Positions 12,398 through 22,201 of a stretch of DNA of 64,000 nucleotides are shown here, piece after piece. This DNA comes from Nitrospirota bacterium. GTDB lineage: Bacteria > Nitrospirota > Thermodesulfovibrionia > Thermodesulfovibrionales > Dissulfurispiraceae. The stretch covers positions 384,001 to 448,000 of the forward strand of contig CAWBMP010000005.1 of assembly GCA_963790025.1 (NCBI GenBank). Reading direction: 5' to 3'. Made by a program: the position numbers and the translations under genes. Under the pieces are notes generated by a model. It did no database searches, had not been told where the DNA came from, and saw only the letters and a list, made by a program, of their open reading frames with translations. The first letter of the stretch is position 1. Every line of letters begins with the position of its first letter.

Positions 12398-12922
12398 TTA
12401 GCATAATTTATATTTCGTAATGATTTGAGAGCATACTTCCTCCTGCCTAAGATCCCCGCACTCGATTGTGATATCGGCATACTTCCTGTACAGGTCGAAA
12501 CGTTCTTTAAACAGGTCCGCCATGCTCTGGTCCGGGCGTCTGGCAAGGCCCCTCTCGTCAAAATTGGCAACCCTCGCTTCCAAAACAGGCAAGTCCACGT
12601 CAAGAAAAACAATGACACCGAGTGATTTCAGGTGCTGCATGGCAGAATGGCTATATACGGCACTGCCCCCGGTGGCGATTACATGGCTGATGCATCGGAG
12701 GTTTAAAAGAATATCTTCCTCTATCTTGCGCAAGGCCATGTGGCCTTCCATATTGACTATATCCTGAAGGGAACGTCCCTGTGATGTCTGAATGATGACG
12801 TCGGTATCAACAAAATTGCGCGATGTCATTTTGGCCAGAATGACTCCGACCGTGCTCTTGCCTGAACCAGGCATCCCGATTAAAACGATATTGGACTTGT
12901 ACCGGTCCGTTTCACTGCCCAT
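12398..12922 (-). CDS. aroK: Shikimate kinase
   Basis: LIGMPGSGKST P-loop, DTD, VIATGGS. Confidence 0.93.
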   Translation of the reverse strand: MGSETDRYKSNIVLIGMPGSGKSTVGVILAKMTSRNFVDTDVIIQTSQGRSLQDIVNMEGHMALRKIEEDILLNLRCISHVIATGGSAVYSHSAMQHLKSLGVIVFLDVDLPVLEARVANFDERGLARRPDQSMADLFKERFDLYRKYADITIECGDLRQEEVCSQIITKYKLC

Positions 12923-13268
12923 ATTTCACCTGCGCTCTCTTTCTGCTCTTTGATTTTTGTTTTCTTATTCGCTTCCTTTCGGCGTCTTCAGCTGTAGGTC
13001 CGCCGGACCTGCGCTCGATTGCTTCGGCAAGTTCGCGCCGGGCGAGAAAGCGGTTCACCGATTGACTCCGCTCCCTCATGCATTTTATTTCTATGCCGGT
13101 TGGTATATGCCTTAGATAAACGCAACTGGACGTTTTGTTTACATGCTGCCCGCCTTTTCCTGAAGATTGTATGAATTGCTCCTCGATGTCCTTCTCGGCA
13201 ATTCCGAGTTCCTCCATCTTCTTCCGGAGCCACCTGTTTTTTTCATCGCTGACAGCGAAACTGATCAT
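12912..13268 (-). CDS. Small peptide-chain-release-factor-like protein (GGQ domain plus basic tail; ArfB/C12orf65-like)
   Basis: SSGKGGQHVNKTSS, HIPTG, RSQ..NR, K/R-rich C-terminal tail; no stop-codon recognition domains. Confidence 0.9.
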   Translation of the reverse strand: MISFAVSDEKNRWLRKKMEELGIAEKDIEEQFIQSSGKGGQHVNKTSSCVYLRHIPTGIEIKCMRERSQSVNRFLARRELAEAIERRSGGPTAEDAERKRIRKQKSKSRKRAQVKYGQ

Positions 13269-13298
13269 GCTATCCCCGCAAAAAGAACTTTTTTAGTG

Positions 13299-13307
13299 AT
13301 TATAGCA
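13299..13307 (-). promoter_or_regulatory. Extended -10 promoter for the GGQ factor-aroK transcript
   Basis: TGcTATAAT on the minus strand, about 30 nt upstream of ATG 13268. Confidence 0.6.
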
Positions 13308-13369
13308 TACAAGAAATCAGACACCGGCATGTCGGTAGCGGTTTGACTGCCGTCTTATCTTATTTTCTG

Positions 13370-13378
13370 TGCTATCAT
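13370..13378 (+). promoter_or_regulatory. Extended -10 promoter for archease-rtcB (possibly leaderless)
   Basis: TGcTATCAT ends 6 nt before ATG 13385; no SD. Confidence 0.5.
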
Positions 13379-13384
13379 TTTACT

Positions 13385-13798
13385 ATGCAATTCGAGATAA
13401 TCGATATTTCGGGGGATGTCGGCATTAAAGCATATGGGAACAGCATCTCAGAAGCATACGCGAATGCCGGCATGGGAATGTACAGCCTTATTACTGATCT
13501 CGGTGGCGTCGATGAGCGCGAAACCGTCACTTTCGAAGTCAGCGGAGGTTCCGCGGAGGGTTTGCTTGTCGCCTATCTCAATGAACTGATATTTCGTTTT
13601 GACACCTACGGTTTTATCGGCAGAAGGGTTGAGGTGCCTGACATTTCGGACCGGAGCATACGTGTAATAGTGCACGGCGATGAGTTTGATCCTGAGAGGC
13701 ACGAACGGCGATTGCTTATAAAGGCTGCAACATACCATAATATTAAAGTAAGACATGATGACGGTGCCTGGGAAGTGGAAGTTGTTTTTGATATATAA
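13385..13798 (+). CDS. Archease
   Basis: FEIIDISGDVGIKAYG N-terminus, IKAATYH, C-terminal VVFDI; adjacent to rtcB. Confidence 0.93.
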   Translation: MQFEIIDISGDVGIKAYGNSISEAYANAGMGMYSLITDLGGVDERETVTFEVSGGSAEGLLVAYLNELIFRFDTYGFIGRRVEVPDISDRSIRVIVHGDEFDPERHERRLLIKAATYHNIKVRHDDGAWEVEVVFDI

Positions 13799-13811
13799 AG
13801 GGTAATTTTAC

Positions 13812-15257
13812 ATGATGAATGAGAAGCTCAAAAGAATAGATGAAAACAGGCTTGAAGTGCCTCGTGAATACAAACCGGGCATGAGGACGCACGGCATTAT
13901 CTATGCCGATAGTGTTCTCGAGGAAGTACTGGAGCAGGGCTCTGTGGATCAGGTGGCCAATGTCGCTTCGTTGCCCGGTATTGTAGGAGCTTCAATGGCA
14001 ATGCCGGATGTGCATACCGGGTATGGGTTCCCAATAGGCGGTGTCGCTGCATTTGATCTTAAGGAGGGGGTAATTTCTCCCGGCGGCGTCGGATACGATA
14101 TCAACTGTGGGGTAAGGCTCTTGAGAAGTAATCTTGACAGGGACCACCTGCTGCCGCATGTTAAGGGGCTGATGGACATGCTTTTTAAGGAGGTCCCGGC
14201 TGGTGTGGGGTCAAAAGGAAGGGTCAGGCTGGCGCCTGCAGATGAGGAAAGAGTGCTGCTCAAGGGAGCCGGTTGGGCGGTCGAAAAAGGCTTTGGCGAG
14301 GCGGATGATCTCGATCGGATTGAATCAGGTGGCTGCCTTGAAGGCGCTGATCCATCACTGGTGAGCAAAAAGGCTTATGAAAGGGGCAGGGCGCAGCAGG
14401 GCACACTGGGATCGGGAAATCATTTCCTCGAAATCCAGTATGTCGATATGATATATGATGAAGAGGCCGCAAGGGCGCTGAATCTCTTTGCAAATCAGAT
14501 AACGGTAATGATACATACGGGCTCGCGTGGGTTCGGCCATCAGGTCTGCACCGACTTCCTTGAGGTGATGGCGCGGGCCGCCCAGAAGTACCGCATCGAA
14601 CTTCCCGACAGGGAACTTGCCTGTGCACCCTTCGGCAGTGTCGAGGCGCAGGAGTATCTTGCTGCAATGAAAGCGGCGGCCAATTATGCATGGGCCAACA
14701 GGCAGTGTCTTATGCACTGGGCGCGGGAGGCCTTCATGTCGGTGCTTTCGATCGGGCCTCGTGATCTGGGCATGGCGCTCGTTTACGATGTTGCCCATAA
14801 TATAGCAAAGGTCGAAGAACATACGGTGAACGGGCGGAAGATTAAACTGGTAGTTCACAGAAAAGGCAGCACCAGGGCATTTCCTCCCGGTCATCCGGAA
14901 CTGCCTGCTGCATATCGTGATATTGGGCAGCCCGTGCTAATTCCCGGAGATATGGGGCGGGCGTCGTTTGTCCTTCTGGGAACGGAAAAAGCAATGCAGG
15001 AGACCTATGGTTCTACTTGCCATGGCGCGGGGAGAATGCTTTCCAGGCATCAGGCCATCAGACAGGCAAAGGGGCGTGCTATCTGGAGAGAATTGGCGGA
15101 CAAGGGGATTACAGTGAAATCATCAGGAAGAGAAACACTTGCCGAAGAGATGCCTGAGGCATACAAGGATGTGTCCAGTGTAGTTAATGTAGTTCATAAC
15201 GCAGGTATTTCCAGAAAGGTGGCCCGTCTACGGCCTATAGGTGTCATTAAGGGATGA
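13812..15257 (+). CDS. rtcB: RtcB RNA ligase (long, archaeal/eukaryotic-like type)
   Basis: MPDVHTGYGFPIGG, DINCG, GSGNHF, HTGSRG, VAHN, HRKG, STCHGAGR. Confidence 0.97.
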   Translation: MMNEKLKRIDENRLEVPREYKPGMRTHGIIYADSVLEEVLEQGSVDQVANVASLPGIVGASMAMPDVHTGYGFPIGGVAAFDLKEGVISPGGVGYDINCGVRLLRSNLDRDHLLPHVKGLMDMLFKEVPAGVGSKGRVRLAPADEERVLLKGAGWAVEKGFGEADDLDRIESGGCLEGADPSLVSKKAYERGRAQQGTLGSGNHFLEIQYVDMIYDEEAARALNLFANQITVMIHTGSRGFGHQVCTDFLEVMARAAQKYRIELPDRELACAPFGSVEAQEYLAAMKAAANYAWANRQCLMHWAREAFMSVLSIGPRDLGMALVYDVAHNIAKVEEHTVNGRKIKLVVHRKGSTRAFPPGHPELPAAYRDIGQPVLIPGDMGRASFVLLGTEKAMQETYGSTCHGAGRMLSRHQAIRQAKGRAIWRELADKGITVKSSGRETLAEEMPEAYKDVSSVVNVVHNAGISRKVARLRPIGVIKG

Positions 15258-16072
15258 TCGGCAAAAAACTTGTTATAGGCAGGATACCGTACGCAAATTT
15301 ATATCCTATTTTTTATATACTCGATCATGATATCGATTGCTCGTCATATACTTTCGTGGAGGGCGTGCCTTCCCGCCTGAACAGGATGCTCAGGGAAGGC
15401 GAAGTGGATGTCAGTCCCTCCTCATCCCTGGAATATCTCAGGAACCTTGAACTTTACGGTATAATCAGTAATCACTCTATCAGCTCCAGGGGACCAGTGG
15501 GGAGCATCTTCCTTTTTGCCCCGAAGCCAGTTGAAGAACTGGACGGTAAAGTAATCTTTGCATCATCACAGTCCGAAACATCGGTTGCCCTCCTCAAGAT
15601 TATTCTGAGGAAGTTTTACGGCTTGTCTGTGACTGTAGAGACGGTGCCGAATCCCGTGCGGTACGGAGCGGCCTTTCTTGTGATCGGCGACGATGCATTG
15701 AAATACGGTGCGGAAGTGCGCAAACGCGGGGCCGCGGGACTACCGGGCTTCGGTTCTACAGTGCTTATGTATGATCTCGGCGAGATATGGTACCGGCAAA
15801 CCGGCCTGCCTTTCGTTTTTGCCCTCTGGATAGTGCGGAATGATATGTCCGGCAAGCAGGAACTCTTTGATAAATTTGCTAAAGACCTGGACAGGGCCAA
15901 AGAAGCCGCTCTCAAAAAGCTTCCCGAGATTGCCCGACACCCTCCGATAGGGTCATTCATGACGCAAGAAGATATCCTGGCGTACTGGGAGAAGCTCGAT
16001 TACGAGCTTTCGGCAGAGCACTTGAAGGGCCTCGCACTGTTTGACCGGTACAGGAAAGAGGTTTCCGGCTGA
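15254..16072 (+). CDS. mqnA: Menaquinone (futalosine pathway) protein, MqnA/chorismate dehydratase-like
   Basis: GRIPYAN..P, GPVGSI, SETS, LVIGDDAL, DLGE.W...TGLPFVFALW. Confidence 0.85.
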   Translation: MIGKKLVIGRIPYANLYPIFYILDHDIDCSSYTFVEGVPSRLNRMLREGEVDVSPSSSLEYLRNLELYGIISNHSISSRGPVGSIFLFAPKPVEELDGKVIFASSQSETSVALLKIILRKFYGLSVTVETVPNPVRYGAAFLVIGDDALKYGAEVRKRGAAGLPGFGSTVLMYDLGEIWYRQTGLPFVFALWIVRNDMSGKQELFDKFAKDLDRAKEAALKKLPEIARHPPIGSFMTQEDILAYWEKLDYELSAEHLKGLALFDRYRKEVSG

Positions 16073-16180
16073 TGTTATTCCTTGAGATTTTTAGTGAAGA
16101 TTGTTAGTATATAAGTCGAACTTCAAAAGCTTCCTTTTGTTAATTATAGTGAAAATTATTGTCCAATACGGAGGTGTATA

Positions 16181-16534
16181 ATGTTGAGTTTATTTAATTT
16201 CGCTACGGATGCGTATGCCATGGGAGCTGTTCCGCAGGCCGGCGGGCAGGGAGGCGGGGTAGCTGGTATGCTGAGCAGTCTTCTGCCTCTTGTACTTATC
16301 TTTGTTGTTTTTTATTTCCTGCTCATACGGCCCCAGCAGAAGAAGGCGAAAGACCACCAGCACATGCTCGACAGTGTCAAAAAGGGTGACAAGGTTATCA
16401 CCGCAGGCGGCATTTATGGCGTTGTTGAAAGTGTAGGCACCAATACTCTTGTCGTTAAAATAGCGGAAAACGTTAGGGTAAAATTCGGCAAAGGCTATAT
16501 CGCGACGGTGCGTGCGGCAGCCGACGAGGATTAA
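16181..16534 (+). CDS. yajC: Preprotein translocase subunit YajC
   Basis: FYFLLIRPQQK, GDKVITAGGIYG. Confidence 0.96.
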   Translation: MLSLFNFATDAYAMGAVPQAGGQGGGVAGMLSSLLPLVLIFVVFYFLLIRPQQKKAKDHQHMLDSVKKGDKVITAGGIYGVVESVGTNTLVVKIAENVRVKFGKGYIATVRAAADED

Positions 16535-16552
16535 CGGGGGGATACACGGCTC

Positions 16553-18175
16553 ATGAAGAAAGGTATAATTTGGAGGGTCGGTATTATTGCTGTAATGGTC
16601 GTGGTTGCGGTCATTTTCTTTTTGCCGAACACGCCGCTGTTTCAGGACATGCCCGATTTCTGGAAGAAGAATATGCCTAATAAAGGCATAGTTCTAGGTC
16701 TTGACCTGCAAGGCGGTATCCATCTTGTATTTGAGGTGGAGGGTGATAAGGCGGTCGAAATAGCTACCGAGCGTGTCGCCACTACCCTTAATGGTATTTT
16801 CGAAAGAAAGAAAATCAATGCCGGCGCCAGGCAGGAAGGGCTGTTTGTCACGGTGACACCGGCCAATATGGATGTGAGAAAGGTTGTGGAGGATACGTAT
16901 CCTGCACTGTCGCTCGCAGAAAGCTCGGGTGTCCTGAAATACCAGCTGTCTGTGAAGGAAAAGCAGCATATTAAAGATACGGCCACGGACCAGGTATTGG
17001 AAATTATCAGGAACAGGATAGACCAGTTCGGCGTTTCGGAACCGACTATCCAGCGCCAGGCCGAAAACGAGATCGTCGTTGAACTGCCGGGCGTAAAAGA
17101 TCCTAAGAGGGCTGTGGAGATTATCGGCAAGACGGCGCAGTTGGAGTTCAAGCTTGTTGACGATGAGACCCCGGTTGCCGCCGAACTGCCTGCTTCAATC
17201 CTGCCCGGTGAAGAAACTCAGATGATTGAGCGGCTGAAAAATAAACTGCCCGATGGCGATGAAATACTGTATCAGAGGGTTGTGAACAAGGAGACTGGTG
17301 TTGTTACAAGGAAGCCTATTGTCCTTAAGAAGCGGACACTGCTTACCGGCGACCTTTTGACAGAGGCAAAGGTGAATATTGACCAGAGGTTCAACGAACC
17401 ATATGTGTCGATAACGTTTAACGCCACAGGTTCAAAGATTTTTGAAGACATTACAGGTCAGAACGTTAAGAAGCGGCTTGCTATTATTCTTGACGGCAAT
17501 GTTTACTCAGCTCCAGTTATACAGGAGAAGATAAGCGGCGGGAATGCCCAGATAACGGGGAGCTTTGGTATGGAAGAGGCGAGAGATCTGGCAATCGTTC
17601 TCAGGGCCGGTGCGTTGCCTGCGCCTGTCAAGATCCTCCAGAACGTCACGGTCGGCCCCTCTCTCGGCAGGGATTCAATTGAGGCCGGCAAACTGGCCGG
17701 AATAATAGGCACGATAATGGTCGTAGTTTTTATGATTTTCTATTACCGGTTGTCCGGCGTCATCGCGGATTTTGCGCTTATACTGAATTTACTGCTCCTG
17801 ATGGGAGCTATGGCGTCAATCAATTCGACACTTACCATGCCGGGAATCGCAGGGATTATCCTTGCCGTCGGTATGGCCGTCGATTCCAATGTCCTGATGT
17901 TTGAAAGGATGAGGGAGGAACTGCGGAGCGGAAAAGGTCCGAGGGCTTCTGTGGACGGCGGCTACAAGAAGGCGTTCTGGACTATTTTCGACTCGCATGT
18001 TACGACACTTATAACAGCCGCAGTATTATTCCAGTTCGGCACTGGCCCGATAAAGGGGTTTGCCGTTACCCTGAGTTTGGGAGTTGCGATCAATCTGTTC
18101 ACAGCGCTTATCGGGACCAAGACTGTCTTTGACATTATGTTTTCCAAAAAAGAAACGCAGGGGCTCAGCATATGA
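16553..18175 (+). CDS. secD: Protein translocase subunit SecD
   Basis: [35 protein letters not shown]. Confidence 0.98.
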   Translation: MKKGIIWRVGIIAVMVVVAVIFFLPNTPLFQDMPDFWKKNMPNKGIVLGLDLQGGIHLVFEVEGDKAVEIATERVATTLNGIFERKKINAGARQEGLFVTVTPANMDVRKVVEDTYPALSLAESSGVLKYQLSVKEKQHIKDTATDQVLEIIRNRIDQFGVSEPTIQRQAENEIVVELPGVKDPKRAVEIIGKTAQLEFKLVDDETPVAAELPASILPGEETQMIERLKNKLPDGDEILYQRVVNKETGVVTRKPIVLKKRTLLTGDLLTEAKVNIDQRFNEPYVSITFNATGSKIFEDITGQNVKKRLAIILDGNVYSAPVIQEKISGGNAQITGSFGMEEARDLAIVLRAGALPAPVKILQNVTVGPSLGRDSIEAGKLAGIIGTIMVVVFMIFYYRLSGVIADFALILNLLLLMGAMASINSTLTMPGIAGIILAVGMAVDSNVLMFERMREELRSGKGPRASVDGGYKKAFWTIFDSHVTTLITAAVLFQFGTGPIKGFAVTLSLGVAINLFTALIGTKTVFDIMFSKKETQGLSI

Positions 18176-19096
18176 TAGAGCTTATAAGAAATCCCAATAT
18201 AGATTTTATGGGCAAAAGGAAGTACGCATTTACGTTTTCGGGCATCCTTTCTCTCATCGGCATTTTTGCCATTATCCAGATTCTCGCTCGGCAACGCAAA
18301 CCTGGGTGTTGATTTTGCCGGTGGGACCGCTGTACAGATCAAGTTTGCCCATTCGGTCCCGCTACACCAGGTTAGGCTTGCGCTCGAACAGGGCGGGCTT
18401 AAGGATTTCGATCTCCAGGACTTGCCTACTGAAAACAAAATACTTGTCAGAGTAAAAAAACAGGAAGAAAAACTGGGCGGCGTTTCCGACAAAATAACAC
18501 AGGTGCTATCGCAGAAGTTTTCTGAACAAAAGCCTGTTATTGACTCCACCACTGAAATAGGCCCGAAAGTAGGCTCCAGGCTGAGAAAGGATGCGCTGTG
18601 GGCTGTTCTCATTGCAACAGGCGCGATACTGCTGTATGTCGCCTGGAGGTTCCAGTTCAGGTTCGGCATAGGGGCCACCATTGCCACATTTCATGATGTG
18701 CTTGCCGTGCTCGGCGTTTTTTATTTGCTGAATAAGGAGATGAATTTAATTGTCCTTAGCGCGCTGCTGACTATTGCAGGTTACTCTCTTACCGATACAG
18801 TTGTGGTATTCGACAGGATAAGGGAAAACATCAAGCGCTATGTGAAGGACCCTGTAGACGTTGTGATCAACAAGAGCATTAATGAAGTGCTTTCCAGGAC
18901 TATTGTGACCTCTTTAACTGTCTTTCTGTCAGCGCTCGCCTTATTCCTGTTCGGTGGAGAGGTCATTCATGACTTTGCACTGGCCATGCTATGCGGTGTT
19001 GCTGTGGGCACTTACTCCTCCGTCTTCGTTGCAAGTCCGGTTGTCATTCTTCTCGGAAAAAAAGGTAGCGGCAAAGCGGCAATAGGCGGCCGTTAG
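18172..19096 (+). CDS. secF: Protein translocase subunit SecF with an apparent +1 frameshift at 18278-18284
   Basis: ATG 18172 overlaps the secD stop and gives [16 protein letters not shown] plus TM1; the rest ([24 protein letters not shown]) is in the next frame. Confidence 0.92.
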
Positions 19097-19122
19097 GCTG
19101 CCAGGCCAAGGAGGGCCGGCTC

Positions 19123-20892
19123 ATGGCTACAAACGGGATGACAAGCAGGTGGACCGTAAACAGGACCAATCCCGAATATATTGCATATATTTCGGGGACA
19201 GCTTCAATATCACAGCTGCTTGCGCAGGTGCTGGTCAACAGGGGCGTGAAAACCCCGGCACAGATTGACGCCTTTCTGAATCCAGATATCGGCAAATTTG
19301 CCGATCCCTTTGAGTTGCCTCAATTGAAAACCGCAATTGAAAGAATACGTGTGGCCAAAAAAAATGGTGAGCGGGTCCTGGTTCATGGTGATTACGATGC
19401 CGATGGCGTTACGGCAACTGCGATCATGGTGGAGGGTTTGAGAGAGTACGGGCTCGAGGTCTATTTCTTCGTTCCCGATAGGATACAGCACGGCTATGGG
19501 TTCGGCGCCGCAGGTGTCGAAAGGGCAGCAGCGCTGGGGACAAAGCTCATTGTGACAGTTGACTGCGGTATCTCTTCCTTTGACGCTGCGGCAGCCGCAC
19601 GCTCCCGTGGTATCGATGTCATTATTACCGACCATCACGAACCTGTTAGAAAAACAGGTACAGGCAAAGGTATAGGCAGAGAAGAAAAGGAAAACACTAT
19701 ACATGTACCTTTACCTGTTTTACCGGATGCCGTGGCGGTTGTCAACCCGAAGGCTGAAGAGTGTCCCCTTGAAATGGCACATCTGTCCGGGGCGGGCGTA
19801 GCTATGAAGTTTGTTCAGGGACTATTTGAGAATAACATCGACGCTGTTTATAAGTTTTTTGATCTTGCAGCAATAGGGACGCTTGCGGATGTCGTGCCGG
19901 TCCTTAATGACAACAGGATCATTATAAGGGAAGGCATGAAAGTACTGCAATCAGGTGAGCGTATTGGCTTCAAGGCGCTCCGGCAAGCGGCGGGAATCCG
20001 CGCAGACTCATTCAAAGCGTCATCTTTAAGTTATACGCTTATTCCGAGAATCAATGCCGCCGGCAGAGTGGACAATGCGACGGATGTCGTAAAACTCCTG
20101 ATAGCCAGGTCTGAAAGCGAGGCTGAACAACTTGCCGGATGGATGAACGGTCTGAATACCAGGCGGCAGGAAATAGAGGGGTCTGTTTATAACGAGGCGC
20201 TGAAAATGGTGGACACAATGGACTCCATGGACAGTGCGTTGGTCATCGCCTCCGAGGGATGGCATGTGGGGGTCATCGGTATTGTGGCGTCGAAGATTGC
20301 CGAGAAGTATTACCGGCCCACTATTGTTCTTTCGATCGACGGTGGAATTGCAAAGGGTTCCGGCCGGAGCATACCTTCTTTTGATCTTTATGAAGGGCTT
20401 ACGCAGTGCAGAGATGTTCTTACCCGATTCGGAGGGCATAAGCAGGCAGCGGGGTTAAGCCTGCAGGCTGCGGATCTCGAACACTTTAGAAGCCTGTTCT
20501 GCCGCGAAGTTCGCGAGAGTCTGTCCGAGGAGGATTTTCAGCCGGTCCTGTTTATCGATAGTGCAGTAAGAATATCGGATATCAGCACCGGGCTTGTAGA
20601 TGAGCTTGCAAGGATGGAGCCTTTCGGCTATAGTAATGATGAGCCGGTATTCGGCTCCAGGGGGCTTGAGGTTGTGCAGCCACGGATAGTGGGAAATAAT
20701 CACCTGAAGATGCGTCTTAGGCAAAACGGCAGCAGGATAGACAGCATAGGTTTTGATTTTGGTGCTATGCTCGGTGCCGTTGAAGAGAGCGGTATGATAG
20801 ATGCGGCCTTTGTGCCGACGATCAATGAATGGGATGGCGGCAGATTTTTGCAGTTAAACCTTAAAGCGATAAGGCCGTCGGTGAGAGAATAA
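19123..20892 (+). CDS. recJ: Single-stranded-DNA exonuclease RecJ
   Basis: GDYDADG, TVDCG, TDHH, PRINAAGR, GSGRS, GGHKQAAG. Confidence 0.97.
   Translation: MATNGMTSRWTVNRTNPEYIAYISGTASISQLLAQVLVNRGVKTPAQIDAFLNPDIGKFADPFELPQLKTAIERIRVAKKNGERVLVHGDYDADGVTATAIMVEGLREYGLEVYFFVPDRIQHGYGFGAAGVERAAALGTKLIVTVDCGISSFDAAAAARSRGIDVIITDHHEPVRKTGTGKGIGREEKENTIHVPLPVLPDAVAVVNPKAEECPLEMAHLSGAGVAMKFVQGLFENNIDAVYKFFDLAAIGTLADVVPVLNDNRIIIREGMKVLQSGERIGFKALRQAAGIRADSFKASSLSYTLIPRINAAGRVDNATDVVKLLIARSESEAEQLAGWMNGLNTRRQEIEGSVYNEALKMVDTMDSMDSALVIASEGWHVGVIGIVASKIAEKYYRPTIVLSIDGGIAKGSGRSIPSFDLYEGLTQCRDVLTRFGGHKQAAGLSLQAADLEHFRSLFCREVRESLSEEDFQPVLFIDSAVRISDISTGLVDELARMEPFGYSNDEPVFGSRGLEVVQPRIVGNNHLKMRLRQNGSRIDSIGFDFGAMLGAVEESGMIDAAFVPTINEWDGGRFLQLNLKAIRPSVRE
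19651..19721. repeat. Hexamer-based palindromic element lying in frame inside recJ
   Basis: 25-bp inverted arms 19651-19675 and 19697-19721 (21/25 match). Confidence 0.75.
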
Positions 20893-20893
20893 T

Positions 20894-21694
20894 ATGGACG
20901 AACGGGTCACTATCCCCTCCTTGATGAAAAAGAAACAGGCGCAGCAGAAAATTTCGATTATAACTGCCTATGATTACCCTTTTGCTCAAATAGCCGATGA
21001 GGCAGGTGTTGATGCCATTTATGTCGGGGACTCTCTGGGAATTGTTGTACAGGGTCAGGACACTACGCTTCCCGTTACTATGGATGAGATGGTATACCAC
21101 ACCAGGATGGTCTCCAGGGCCGCAAAGAGAGCGATGATTATCGGCGATATGCCGTATCTGTCGTACCAGGTGAGTACAGAGGAAGCAGTGAGGAATGCAG
21201 GAAGATTTCTTAAGGAGGCGGGCGCCCAGGCAGTAAAGCTTGAGGGTGGCAGTGAAGTGGCCCGGACAGTTGAGGCACTGACAAAAATCGGGATCCCTGT
21301 TATGGCGCATATAGGGCTTACTCCACAGGCGATTTATCGTATGGGCGGCTACAGGGTCCAGGGCAGAACGGACGAAGAAGCGAAGAGATTGATTGAGGAT
21401 GCCGGGCTTCTTGAGAGTGCCGGCGCGTTCTCTATTACTCTTGAGGCAATTCCGGCAGCTCTGGCGCAACGGATAACCGGTATGCTTTCGATTCCTACCA
21501 TCGGTATCGGGGCAGGGCCATACTGTGACGGTCAGGTCCTTGTTATTCACGATGTGCTCGGTATGTTTGACCGCTTTGTGCCGAAGTTCGTAAAAAAATA
21601 TGCAAACCTTAAGTCCGACGCTATAGGCGCCGTCAAAAAATACAGGGAAGAGGTAGAAAAAGGAATTTTCCCCGGCCGTGAACATTCGTTCTAA
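20894..21694 (+). CDS. panB: 3-methyl-2-oxobutanoate hydroxymethyltransferase
   Basis: TAYD, VGDSLG, VKLEGG, HIGLTPQ, IGIGAG..CDGQVLV. Confidence 0.98.
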   Translation: MDERVTIPSLMKKKQAQQKISIITAYDYPFAQIADEAGVDAIYVGDSLGIVVQGQDTTLPVTMDEMVYHTRMVSRAAKRAMIIGDMPYLSYQVSTEEAVRNAGRFLKEAGAQAVKLEGGSEVARTVEALTKIGIPVMAHIGLTPQAIYRMGGYRVQGRTDEEAKRLIEDAGLLESAGAFSITLEAIPAALAQRITGMLSIPTIGIGAGPYCDGQVLVIHDVLGMFDRFVPKFVKKYANLKSDAIGAVKKYREEVEKGIFPGREHSF

Positions 21695-21696
21695 AA

Positions 21697-21765
21697 AGTG
21701 TCAGTGGCAATGTCAGTGGCAGTAGAGGAATCCTTAAACTGACACTCATCACTTACACTTACACT
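21697..21765. repeat. Palindromic element of tandem hexamers (AGTGKC)n ... (ACTKAC)n
   Basis: agtgtcagtggcaatgtcagtggcagt / actgacactcatcacttacacttacact. Confidence 0.6.
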
Positions 21766-21781
21766 ATAAGGGGGGCCTGGA

Positions 21782-22201
21782 ATGGCAAGTAAGACGATTT
21801 TCGTTTGTGTCCAAAGAGATCTCACTCATCCGATCAGTTGGGCGCTCAGGGAGTTTGAGGGCAAACTGCTTGTTCGTTCTGTGGACAATCTCAAACAACT
21901 TGGAATGGTGTTGGCTGACGTTACGGAAGGATGCACTGTCATTCTCGATTCGATGATAGGGAATGAATCGACCATAGAGTTTGCAAAGAATGTTAAAAAA
22001 GAAAGACCATTGATTAAATTTATTCTTATTGTATCATCAGGCACCAAAAAGGAAGAGGTTGTGGCGCTGATACAGTCCAAGACGGTCAGTGGTGTGCTAA
22101 CGAGGCCTTTTAATGCCGAGCAGATTAGCGATTATATCCACAAGCTGTACGGTTTTCAAAAGAAGGGGGTTCCCTGGTACATGCAGACAGGCTTTAAATA
22201 G
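21782..22201 (+). CDS. Stand-alone atypical receiver (CheY-like) domain protein
   Basis: Pattern VILDS..., FILIVS, VLTRPF matches beta3-Asp, beta4-Ser and beta5-KPF positions. Confidence 0.6.
   Translation: MASKTIFVCVQRDLTHPISWALREFEGKLLVRSVDNLKQLGMVLADVTEGCTVILDSMIGNESTIEFAKNVKKERPLIKFILIVSSGTKKEEVVALIQSKTVSGVLTRPFNAEQISDYIHKLYGFQKKGVPWYMQTGFK

Noticed and set aside
12912..13268. Calling the GGQ protein PrfH
   Set aside because: Too short and lacks the additional PrfH domains; the basic tail fits ArfB/C12orf65-type factors
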